From an uncultured Bacilli bacterium (GTDB taxonomy: Bacteria; Bacillota_I; Bacilli_A; RF39; UBA660): a DNA stretch of 56,871 bases. Positions 1 through 8,437 of the stretch are shown here, one piece after another; the first letter of the stretch is position 1; every line of letters begins with the position of its first letter. The notes under the pieces are model-generated. The model ran no database searches and was not told the origin of the DNA. It saw only the letters and a list, made by a program, of their open reading frames with translations. The stretch spans positions 1 to 56,871 of the forward strand of contig CANQDC010000001.1 of assembly GCA_947591455.1 (NCBI GenBank), read 5' to 3'. The translations under genes and the position numbers were made by a program.

Positions 1-46
1 CGTTAAGTAAATTAACGTTATCTTTTGAGATAATATTCGATGTCAT
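1..46 (-). CDS. 5' end of a minus-strand CDS running off the left edge (product unknown)
   Basis: ATG (complement of 44-46) is preceded by AGGAGG (complement of 51-56). It reads MTSNIISKDNVNLLN..., which is too short to identify. Confidence 0.3.
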   Translation of the reverse strand, partial: MTSNIISKDNVNLLN

Positions 47-254
47 TATTCCTCCTTTCACTCTATATTTACAACAACAATTTGTAAATTCCTTTTTTAA
101 CACGTTTATTTTTTTAGATGTTTATTTTTTTAGATTGAAATCAAGAAATAAATAAACTATAATAAAGATATAAAATAGGAGGAAGAAATGAAAATAGAAA
201 GATATAAAGAAAACAAAAAAGTAAGAAATACCCTCCTAACTCTAGGAATAGCAA

Positions 255-1331
255 GTGTGCTCCTGGGGAGGGGGTATAATTTATAGAAGTTATGCTAGTT
301 ACCAGGAGAACAAAAGCTATAATGTAATCAAAGGAACAATCCCTGATTTTGGATATGATGTAAAAGTAGCCATAAAAATAGATGGTGAAGATAGTGATAC
401 CATGCCTACAACCACCCAAGGAAGTAATGGAAAGTATTATGAAGCAAAAGTAGATTGTGGAGATAAACAAACTGTAGGGACATGGGATTATAATGCATGG
501 GAATTAAAATTAGATCATATAGAAACAAGTAGTCGATGTAAAGTAGAATTCACCTCAACATTAGGTAAAGAAGAGTATGAAGAATATATAAAAAATGGAG
601 TAGCCACAAGAAGAAATACGTACCGAGGAAAAAACATAACAGAGTTATGGAAAAGTGGTAAGTTATATGAGCAAATTAAAGATGGAACTTTTGCTGATAT
701 CTATGTTGGAGATTATATAACAACAAATCAAGATGGAAATAATATAACATGGTTAATAGCCGATCTAGATAATTATCTACATTCTGGAAGTACAGAATTA
801 ACGCAACATCATGCTACAATTATCCCTGCAACAACATTACAAAATGCTAAAATGAATGAAGAAAATGTTACAACAGGTGGATATGTAAATAGTAAAATGG
901 TAACAGAAACATTGGAAACAATGTATACCACATATATAGAACCAGCTTTCAGTGGACACATAATAGAATATAGAAATCTATTAAGTGATCAAGTAAACAA
1001 TGAATTACCAAATAGATATAATCAAGTAAAAGGAGCCAGTAGCCATTATGAATGGTATAGTAGAAAATTAGATTTAATGAGTGAAGTAAATGTATATGGT
1101 ACTACTGTAGCATCATCAAGTTTATTTGATACAGGAATGGATAATCGTCAGTATGCCATCTTTCAACTAAAGCCTGAGTTTATAAATAGTGATGGAACCA
1201 ACAGATGTTGGTATTGGTTAAAAGATGTAGCAAATTCGACTAGTTTTGCTTATGTTCACTTCTACGGCGTTTCCAATACCACCCCTGCGTCCACCTTGCT
1301 TGGCGTACGCCCTCGCTTCCTTATTGATTAA
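255..1331 (+). CDS. hypothetical membrane-anchored/secreted protein; N-terminus probably disrupted by a frameshift
   Basis: 358-aa ORF with no catalytic motif recognised and a C-terminal CWYWL...LGVRPRFLI motif. A strong RBS+ATG at 188 in another frame encodes a signal-anchor that would join this frame across the G-run at 266-274. Confidence 0.6.
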   Translation: MCSWGGGIIYRSYASYQENKSYNVIKGTIPDFGYDVKVAIKIDGEDSDTMPTTTQGSNGKYYEAKVDCGDKQTVGTWDYNAWELKLDHIETSSRCKVEFTSTLGKEEYEEYIKNGVATRRNTYRGKNITELWKSGKLYEQIKDGTFADIYVGDYITTNQDGNNITWLIADLDNYLHSGSTELTQHHATIIPATTLQNAKMNEENVTTGGYVNSKMVTETLETMYTTYIEPAFSGHIIEYRNLLSDQVNNELPNRYNQVKGASSHYEWYSRKLDLMSEVNVYGTTVASSSLFDTGMDNRQYAIFQLKPEFINSDGTNRCWYWLKDVANSTSFAYVHFYGVSNTTPASTLLGVRPRFLID

Positions 1332-1444
1332 TTTTGAAGACTTTAATTTAGTCTTTTTTATTTTGTATTTGATCGATATATCTTAGTTGTTTTGTTTATT
1401 TCTTTATGTTAAAATATAAACAATAAGAAGGTGGCGAGGACTAG

Positions 1445-3838
1445 ATGGATGAACATTTTAAATTAGATGTAACAAAAGGAAAAGCCAGAGAAAATTCTAT
1501 TTTTAAAGGTGAAAAATATCGGATTACAATCTTAACAGATCGTTTAGTTCGCTTGGAATATAGTGAAGATGGAATTTTTTATGATGGTTTAACTCAAAGA
1601 ATTATAAATCGTGATTTTGAAACTCCTGAATTTACAGTGCAAGAAGATAATAAATTTTTAGAAATTACCACCAAATATTTTAAATTATCTTATGTAAAAA
1701 ATAAACCATTTCAAGCATCTATTGTTGCCCCAGACGCTAATTTAAAAGTGACTTTATTAAATACTGATAAATTGTGGTATTTCAATCATCCAGAGGCTAG
1801 AAATTTTAAAGGAACGTGTAGTAGTTTAGATGAAAATAGTAGTAAAGCTAATTTTCAAAATGGTTTGTATTCTACCGATGGATTTGCTTCGATTGATGAT
1901 TCAACCTCTTTAAGAATTAATGAGAATGGACAATTAGTTCCTCCTACTAAAAAAAGAGTAGATACCTATCTATTTATGTATCGAAGAGATTTTGGTTTAT
2001 GTTTAAAAGATTATTTTGCCCTTACAGGAAAACCAGTCTTAATACCCAGATATACCTTAGGAATTTGGTGGAATAAAGATGAAATTTATAGTTTTGAAGA
2101 TACAAAACAACTATTGATGAAATTTAGTAAAAATAAAATTCCTATTTCTGTACTTTTATTGGGAAATAATTGGCATAATAAAACGGAACTAAATAAAACG
2201 GGTTTTACGTTTAATCGAACTCTTTTTCCTGATCCAGCTGGTTTTATAAGATATATGCATGAAAGAGGCGTACGGGTTGGAGTAGCGATTGATCCATCAG
2301 AGGGGATTAGTACCAATGAAGAGATGTTTGTAACTATAAAAAACAATTTAGGACTTGTCGATAATAATCATATCCCTTTTAACATTTTTGATGCCCGAAT
2401 GGTAACAGAATATTTTCATACGATTATTAATTCTTTAAATAATTTAGGAATTGATTTGTACTGGATCGATTATTATAACAAAAAAGAGAATTATATGTTG
2501 TCTGCTTTGAATTACTATCATTTTAATGACTACAAAAAAGATCCGAAACGTCGAGGAATTATTTTCTCTCGTGCGAGTGAAGTAGCTCCTCATCGTTTAC
2601 CCATTCATTATTCAGGTCAAACCATTGTAAGTTGGGATACTTTAAAATTATTACCCTTTTATAATTCCACGGCCAGTAATATCGGCGTTTCGTGGTGGAG
2701 TCACGATGTTGGAGGATATAAAGATGGTATCGAAGATGGAGAATTGTATATCCGTTATGTTGAACTCGCTACTTTCAGTCCTATTTTCCGTTTTAGTGCT
2801 AAACAAGGCCATTATTACAAAAGAGAACCATGGAAATGGGATGTTCAAACATTAAATATTGTTCGAGATTATTGTAATTTACGCCATCGTTTTATTCCTT
2901 ATCTATATGCTGAAGCTTACAAATACTATCAAACAGGATTGCCTTTAATTCAACCATTATACTATCAAACTCCTGAAATATATGATGAACCCGCCTATAA
3001 AAATGAATATTACTTTGGTGGCGAATTATTTGTAGCACCAATTACGGTAAAAAAAGACTTAGTTATGAATCGTGCTGTAGAAAAAATATTCTTACCAAAT
3101 GGTATGTGGTATGATTTTAAAACTGGAAAAAAATTCCCAGGGAATAAGCGTTATGTAAGCTTTTATAAAGATGAAGATTATCCAGTTTTTGCTCATGCAG
3201 GATCGATTATTCCTCTAGCTGAATTAGAAGAAAATATTAACGTTACGAATCCACCGAAAAAAATGGAAATTCATGTTTTCCCCGGAAAAAGTAATACTTT
3301 TAGATTATATGAGGATGATGGCTATTCTTCCTTATTTGAATCAGGATATTATATTATGACTACGATTGATTATAATTACTTGCAAAACAATTATACATTA
3401 ATTATTCGCCCGGTTGAAGGAAAGACAGGAATTATTCCAGCAATGAGAGATTATAAAATTCGTTTTCGGAATACCAGAGAAGCAGATGAAGTAATTATTT
3501 ATATTAATAAAGATGTAGTAGCTACAGAAAATTATGTAGAAGAAAATGATTTTATTGTAGAAATAAAGAATGTTCCAACTACAAGTCAAGTGACGATCAA
3601 TTGTAAAGGAAAAGATATAGAAATTGATGCAGTCCGGATTATAAATGAAGAGGTTGATTCCATCATTAGTGATTTACAAATAGAAACAAGATTAAAAGAA
3701 AAAATAGCGAATATTTTCTTTAGTGAATTAGATATTAAAAAGAAAAGAATTGAAATACGAAAACTAAAGAAAGAAGGTTTAGAACCACTATTTATTCGTA
3801 TGTTTTTAAAATTATTAGAATATATAAAAGAAATATAA
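1445..3838 (+). CDS. glycoside hydrolase family 31 (alpha-glucosidase/alpha-xylosidase-like)
   Basis: 797 aa with RBS AAGGTGG upstream. GH31 blocks are present: LYWIDYY (nucleophile region), IIFSRAS...HYSGQTIVSWDTL, WWSHDVGGY, ATFSPIFRF...REPWKW. Confidence 0.85.
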   Translation: MDEHFKLDVTKGKARENSIFKGEKYRITILTDRLVRLEYSEDGIFYDGLTQRIINRDFETPEFTVQEDNKFLEITTKYFKLSYVKNKPFQASIVAPDANLKVTLLNTDKLWYFNHPEARNFKGTCSSLDENSSKANFQNGLYSTDGFASIDDSTSLRINENGQLVPPTKKRVDTYLFMYRRDFGLCLKDYFALTGKPVLIPRYTLGIWWNKDEIYSFEDTKQLLMKFSKNKIPISVLLLGNNWHNKTELNKTGFTFNRTLFPDPAGFIRYMHERGVRVGVAIDPSEGISTNEEMFVTIKNNLGLVDNNHIPFNIFDARMVTEYFHTIINSLNNLGIDLYWIDYYNKKENYMLSALNYYHFNDYKKDPKRRGIIFSRASEVAPHRLPIHYSGQTIVSWDTLKLLPFYNSTASNIGVSWWSHDVGGYKDGIEDGELYIRYVELATFSPIFRFSAKQGHYYKREPWKWDVQTLNIVRDYCNLRHRFIPYLYAEAYKYYQTGLPLIQPLYYQTPEIYDEPAYKNEYYFGGELFVAPITVKKDLVMNRAVEKIFLPNGMWYDFKTGKKFPGNKRYVSFYKDEDYPVFAHAGSIIPLAELEENINVTNPPKKMEIHVFPGKSNTFRLYEDDGYSSLFESGYYIMTTIDYNYLQNNYTLIIRPVEGKTGIIPAMRDYKIRFRNTREADEVIIYINKDVVATENYVEENDFIVEIKNVPTTSQVTINCKGKDIEIDAVRIINEEVDSIISDLQIETRLKEKIANIFFSELDIKKKRIEIRKLKKEGLEPLFIRMFLKLLEYIKEI

Positions 3839-3864
3839 GAAAATGAAAAATAAATAGAAAAAAA

Positions 3865-3894
3865 TTGACAATAACTTCCTATTTCAACTATAAT
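3865..3894 (+). promoter_or_regulatory. sigma-A type promoter of the leuS leader
   Basis: TTGACA (3865-3870), an 18-nt spacer, then TATAAT (3889-3894), directly upstream of the T-box leader. Confidence 0.5.
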
Positions 3895-3899
3895 ACTAA

Positions 3900-4098
3900 T
3901 AAGCGATGAAAAAAGAGTAGTAATAAAAATATTTATAAAAGAGAATTCATGGTTGGTGTAAATGAATATAAATATTTTATGAACTTGCTTTTGGAGCTTT
4001 TTGGGTTATCTCCATTATAGGATTTTAAAGCTAGTTTTACTAGAAATTAAGGTGGTACCACGGCATTTTCGTCCTTAAGAAAATGGCCGTTTTTTTTA
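3900..4098 (+). promoter_or_regulatory. T-box leader riboswitch (probable Leu specifier)
   Basis: Stem I elements GCGATGA...AGAGTA and AGAGA...GGTTGGTGTAAATGAAT. Candidate specifier CTT at 3984-3986. Conserved T-box AATTAAGGTGGTACCACG at 4045-4062, followed by a terminator hairpin and T-run ending about 4098. Confidence 0.85.
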
Positions 4099-4117
4099 TT
4101 TAGAAGGAGGAGAGCGT

Positions 4118-4480
4118 ATGAATATATTGTTTATTTTTTCTTTTTGGCTCATTCTATATATAATCATCTTTATAATTACATATATATGGAATAAAAGAAA
4201 AGTAAAAAAAAGAAAATATGAAGCCATTGGCGAAATGAATTATTTAATTGCTAAGTTTGAATTAAATAAAAAAAGGATTAATTATAAAAAAGAAATTAAA
4301 GTTATTTCGGCTTTAAATAGTTTGATCATTTCGGTTGTCGGGACATTGGTTACTTGCTTACAACTACCTATATTTTTACAATTAGCAATCGGATTTGTCT
4401 TATTATTTGCTCTTATTTATTCCCTGTATGAAATATATGGAAGACACTTATACAATAAACAAAGGAGAGAGAAAAAATGA
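4118..4480 (+). CDS. small membrane protein, translationally coupled to leuS
   Basis: 120 aa with RBS GGAGGAG upstream. It has hydrophobic N- and C-terminal segments around a K/R-rich loop. Its stop overlaps the leuS ATG (ATGA at 4477-4480). Confidence 0.55.
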   Translation: MNILFIFSFWLILYIIIFIITYIWNKRKVKKRKYEAIGEMNYLIAKFELNKKRINYKKEIKVISALNSLIISVVGTLVTCLQLPIFLQLAIGFVLLFALIYSLYEIYGRHLYNKQRREKK

Positions 4481-7284
4481 ATTTTAAAGAAATAGAAGAA
4501 AAATGGCAAAAGAGATGGGAAGAAAAAAAAGTTTTTGAAGCAAAAAATAATTCTTCTAAACCCCCATATTATATCTTAGTAGAATTCCCTTATCCCAGTG
4601 GGGCCGGACTACATGTAGGACATGTTAGAAGTTATACGGCTCAAGATGCACTTGCTAGAATGAAAAGAATGCAAGGATTTAATGTATTGTATCCAATGGG
4701 TTGGGATGCTTTTGGAGCTCCTGCTGAACAATATGCAATAAAAAATCATATTCATCCCAAAGAAGCTGTCAAAGCGAATATTAAAACGTTTAAAAGACAA
4801 ATGCAATCTTTAGGTTTTTCCTTTGATTGGAGTCGCGAATTTTCAACTACCGATCCTGAATATTATAAATGGACACAATGGCAATTTTTACAATTCTATA
4901 AGCATAATATGGCATATAAAGCTTGTGTTCCTGTAAATTGGTGTCCTACTTGTAAAACTGTATTATCGAATGAAGATGCGGCGGGAGGTGTCTGCGAGCG
5001 ATGTGGATCTAAAGTAATCCAAAAGGAAAAATCTCAATGGATGCTTAGAATGAGCGATTATGCGGAAGATTTACTTAAGGGGTTAGAGGATACTAATTTT
5101 GCTGAAAAAGTAAAATTAGGACAAATTAATTGGATTGGCAAAAGTGAAGGAGCCAATGTAACTTTTAAAGTGGCTGATACGGATTACGAATTTGTAGTTT
5201 ATACCACTCGTCCGGATACTTTATTTGGAGTAACTTATTGCGTTTTAAGTCCAGAACATGAATTAGTTTCTAAAATTACTACTAAAGAGAAAGAAAAAGA
5301 AGTAAAAGAATATCAAAGTGCCTGTGCTTTAAAAAATGAAATGGAAAGAACAGAACTTAATAAAGAAAAAACCGGAGTATTTATTGGAAGCTATGCTATG
5401 AATCCAGTAAACAATACAAAAATTCCTATCTATATTAGTGATTATGTTCTTTCAAGCTATGGTACGGGTGCGATTATGGCCGTTCCTGCTCATGATGAAC
5501 GAGATTATGAATTTGCTAAAAAATTTAATCTTCCAATTACTCAAGTATTGGAAGAAGTAACCGGAAAATCTCATGCAGATGAAACCAAAAAGAACAGTAT
5601 TGTGGCGATTGTCTATGATGAAGAAAAGGATGAATATTTAACGATTAATTGGCATAAACAAGGCGGAAGATTGTTTGTTGGAGGAACCATTCATGACGGC
5701 GAAACTCCTTTAGAATGTGCTTTAAGGGAAATAAAAGAAGAAACAGGTTATAGTTCTTTAGAACTTGTTTGTGAAACTCCAAAAGTAAATCATCATTATT
5801 ATGCTTATAATAAAGAGAAATATTTTAATATTGAATGTACTGGTTTTCTGTTTAAATTAAAAAATCATAATCAAGAAGCTCAAGAATTAGATGATGATGA
5901 ATCTTTTGATGTGGAATGGGTTTCTAAAACAACTTTAAGCGAAATAAAAGATGAATTACATGCGAAAATTTTAGAATATGCTACGAATCCAGGGGCTATG
6001 ATTGGCGATGGAATTCACATAAATTCAGAATTCTTAGATGGATTAGATAAAAAAAGTGCTATTGATACGATGATAAAATGGTTAGAAGATAACCAATTAG
6101 GAGAAAGAAAAGTCAATTATAAAATGCGTGATTGGATCTTCTCACGGCAAAGATTCTGGGGAGAACCAATACCAATGATCCATTGTCCAAAATGTGGTTG
6201 GGTACCAATGGATGAAAAAGATTTGCCTCTTTTATTGCCTGATGTTGCAGAATATGAGCCAACAGATACGGGAGAAAGTCCACTAGCGAAAATAACAGAT
6301 TGGGTCAATTGTCAATGTCCAAAATGTCATGGAGCTGCCAAACGTGAAACAGATACGATGCCAAACTGGGCTGGTTCAAGTTGGTATTTCTTACGATTTA
6401 TGGACCCTCATAATACCAAAGAATTCGCAAGTATGGATGCCATGAAATATTGGAATCGGGTAGATTGGTATAATGGTGGAATGGAACACACAGCAAGACA
6501 TTTATTATATGCAAGATTCTGGGTGCAATTCTTATATAATATCGGCTTAGTTCCTAATAAAGAAATGATATGGAAAAGAATTAGTCATGGAATGGTACTT
6601 GGATCAAATAACGAAAAAATGAGTAAATCCAAAGGAAATGTCATCAATCCTGATGATATTGTGAATGAATATGGTGCAGATACGTTACGTATTTACGAAA
6701 TGTTTATGGGAGATTATGAACAAGATGCTCCATGGAGCACCGATTCCCTACGAGGATGTAAGCGTTTCGTTGAAAAAGTAATTCGCCTAAAAGATAAAGT
6801 AAATGAAAAAAGTGGCTATTCAAAAGAATTAGAATCCTTAATTCATAAGAGTATTAAAAAAGTCGAGTACGATTTACTACATATGGGATACAATACCGCA
6901 ATTGCATCATTAATGATTTTAGCCAATGCTTATGCCGATCAAGACCAAATTACCAAAGATGAGTATCGAACCTTATTAATTCTTTTAAATCCAATCGCCC
7001 CTCATATAACAGAAGAGTTAAATGAATTAATAGGAGGCAAACCAATTTATGATTCAGAATGGCCAAAATATGAGGAAGAAAAAACAATTGATAAAGAAAT
7101 AACTATTGCCGTTCAAGTAAATGGAAAACTAAGAGGAACAATTAAAATAGCCAAAGACGAACAAGAAGAGCAAATCAAAGAAAAAGCATTTATGGAAGAA
7201 AATGTCAAAAGACACATTGACCAAAAAGAAATCGTTAAGGTAATTGTAATCCCTAACAAGATAGTAAATATCATTGTAAAATAA
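4477..7284 (+). CDS. leuS: leucyl-tRNA synthetase with an inserted Nudix domain
   Basis: HVGH and KMSKS class I motifs, CP1 editing-domain motifs (TTRPDTLFG, AVPAHDERDYEFA) and RDWIFSRQRFWGEPIP. At 935 aa it is about 130 aa longer than typical bacterial LeuRS, because of the insert at aa 359-508. Confidence 0.97.
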   Translation: MNFKEIEEKWQKRWEEKKVFEAKNNSSKPPYYILVEFPYPSGAGLHVGHVRSYTAQDALARMKRMQGFNVLYPMGWDAFGAPAEQYAIKNHIHPKEAVKANIKTFKRQMQSLGFSFDWSREFSTTDPEYYKWTQWQFLQFYKHNMAYKACVPVNWCPTCKTVLSNEDAAGGVCERCGSKVIQKEKSQWMLRMSDYAEDLLKGLEDTNFAEKVKLGQINWIGKSEGANVTFKVADTDYEFVVYTTRPDTLFGVTYCVLSPEHELVSKITTKEKEKEVKEYQSACALKNEMERTELNKEKTGVFIGSYAMNPVNNTKIPIYISDYVLSSYGTGAIMAVPAHDERDYEFAKKFNLPITQVLEEVTGKSHADETKKNSIVAIVYDEEKDEYLTINWHKQGGRLFVGGTIHDGETPLECALREIKEETGYSSLELVCETPKVNHHYYAYNKEKYFNIECTGFLFKLKNHNQEAQELDDDESFDVEWVSKTTLSEIKDELHAKILEYATNPGAMIGDGIHINSEFLDGLDKKSAIDTMIKWLEDNQLGERKVNYKMRDWIFSRQRFWGEPIPMIHCPKCGWVPMDEKDLPLLLPDVAEYEPTDTGESPLAKITDWVNCQCPKCHGAAKRETDTMPNWAGSSWYFLRFMDPHNTKEFASMDAMKYWNRVDWYNGGMEHTARHLLYARFWVQFLYNIGLVPNKEMIWKRISHGMVLGSNNEKMSKSKGNVINPDDIVNEYGADTLRIYEMFMGDYEQDAPWSTDSLRGCKRFVEKVIRLKDKVNEKSGYSKELESLIHKSIKKVEYDLLHMGYNTAIASLMILANAYADQDQITKDEYRTLLILLNPIAPHITEELNELIGGKPIYDSEWPKYEEEKTIDKEITIAVQVNGKLRGTIKIAKDEQEEQIKEKAFMEENVKRHIDQKEIVKVIVIPNKIVNIIVK

Positions 7285-7290
7285 ATTTGT

Positions 7291-7330
7291 AGACTATTGA
7301 CAAAAAAATGTAAATAGTCTTTTTTTATTT
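7291..7330 (+). terminator. rho-independent terminator after leuS
   Basis: Stem AGACTATT (7291-7298) / AATAGTCT (7313-7320) followed by a T-run. Confidence 0.6.
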
Positions 7331-8128
7331 TTGGAGAGGAGGATATATATTTAAAACTTGTAATTCTTTTTTTAAAGTTAAAAGATCGGGATGAAAAAAT
7401 TGTTCAAAATTATAAGCTTCTTCATGTAAATTTTTAAATGCTAGGGGATGATAATTTAATTGTAAGAATTGCGCTATTGGTTTGGGAATAGGATAAGAAC
7501 AAATGACTTTACAAAACTGTGAATAACTAAAATGTTTAATATAACAAGTTAAATCGATTTCTAAAAAAAGAGATAAACATAGGACATATAATTTCAAAAT
7601 ATCTGTATATTTTGTATTCAGATCGAAAGAATTAAGGTTAAAGGAACAAGAAATAGGATGCCAAAAATCTTGCTTTTTTCGCGAGTTATCTAAATCAATA
7701 AAATAAACTTGATGCTGATTTACTAAAATATTTCGGGCATGTATATCTCCTAAGACAATATACTGATGTAAAAATTTTAAAGTTTGAAATAAAGAGGTAC
7801 AATACTTTAACTTTTCTTCATAAGGAAGAGAAGTGTAAATGCAATCTAAAAAAGTTTGAGCATTTTTTAAATAGGGCATACGATAATAACTTTGAAAGAT
7901 CCTTTCATGTAGAGGAGGTATATGCGAATATTCTATGGTCCCATAATCAAAAGGCTTTATAACAAACTCGTGATTTGGTAATGTCTTTAAATAAGAAAGC
8001 ATACTTCTTTTATCTTCATAAAGAGCTTTAAGTAACGTTTGTTCATTTTCAATAAAAAGATCTCCTCCAGTATGAATTTTATAAATACTGTCCAATTTTT
8101 GTAAATGCTTTAAAGTTTGATAATTCAT
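7325..8128 (-). CDS. protein-kinase-like phosphotransferase (CotS/APH/YtmP-like fold)
   Basis: 267 aa. The catalytic-loop-like GDIHARNILV followed by YFIDLDNS matches the HxDxxxxN...D pattern of the kinase-like superfamily. Confidence 0.55.
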   Translation of the reverse strand: MNYQTLKHLQKLDSIYKIHTGGDLFIENEQTLLKALYEDKRSMLSYLKTLPNHEFVIKPFDYGTIEYSHIPPLHERIFQSYYRMPYLKNAQTFLDCIYTSLPYEEKLKYCTSLFQTLKFLHQYIVLGDIHARNILVNQHQVYFIDLDNSRKKQDFWHPISCSFNLNSFDLNTKYTDILKLYVLCLSLFLEIDLTCYIKHFSYSQFCKVICSYPIPKPIAQFLQLNYHPLAFKNLHEEAYNFEQFFHPDLLTLKKELQVLNIYPPLQK

Positions 8129-8260
8129 TGTTTCTTCACCCCTCTTTTATAAAATATTTTCTTATAATATAGATTTTTTTGTATGAAGTCAAATTTTTTC
8201 GAAAAAATTCGACTCTTTTCTTAGAATAAGAAGAGTAATCTATTAAAATAGAGGTGGATT

Positions 8261-8437
8261 ATGAAAGTAAAAGTATTTGACGAATCACATGAAAAGGACC
8301 TGGAAAAAGTAATAAATGCTTTTCTAAGTACTACAAACAGTGATATAATTGATATCAAGTATCAAGTTTCTATAGGTGTTTGTGGGGAAGAGCAATTATA
8401 TTGCTTTTCAGCAATGGTAATCTATAGTGAAGAATGA
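8261..8437 (+). CDS. sporulation protein Cse60 (YteV)-like small protein
   Basis: 58-aa ORF missing from the track (too short), with RBS GAGGTGG upstream. The sequence MKVKVFDESHEKDLEKVINAFL...IDIKYQVS...LYCFSAMVIY resembles B. subtilis Cse60 as I recall it. Confidence 0.6.
   Translation: MKVKVFDESHEKDLEKVINAFLSTTNSDIIDIKYQVSIGVCGEEQLYCFSAMVIYSEE

Noticed and set aside
141-470. Minus-strand hydrophobic ORFs such as 141-470, 11683-12078, 12922-13188, 14702-15166 and 47334-47867
   Set aside because: All are antisense to well-supported genes. They are F/I/L/S-rich, as expected from reverse-complemented K/E/N-rich AT-rich coding sequence, and lack RBSs.
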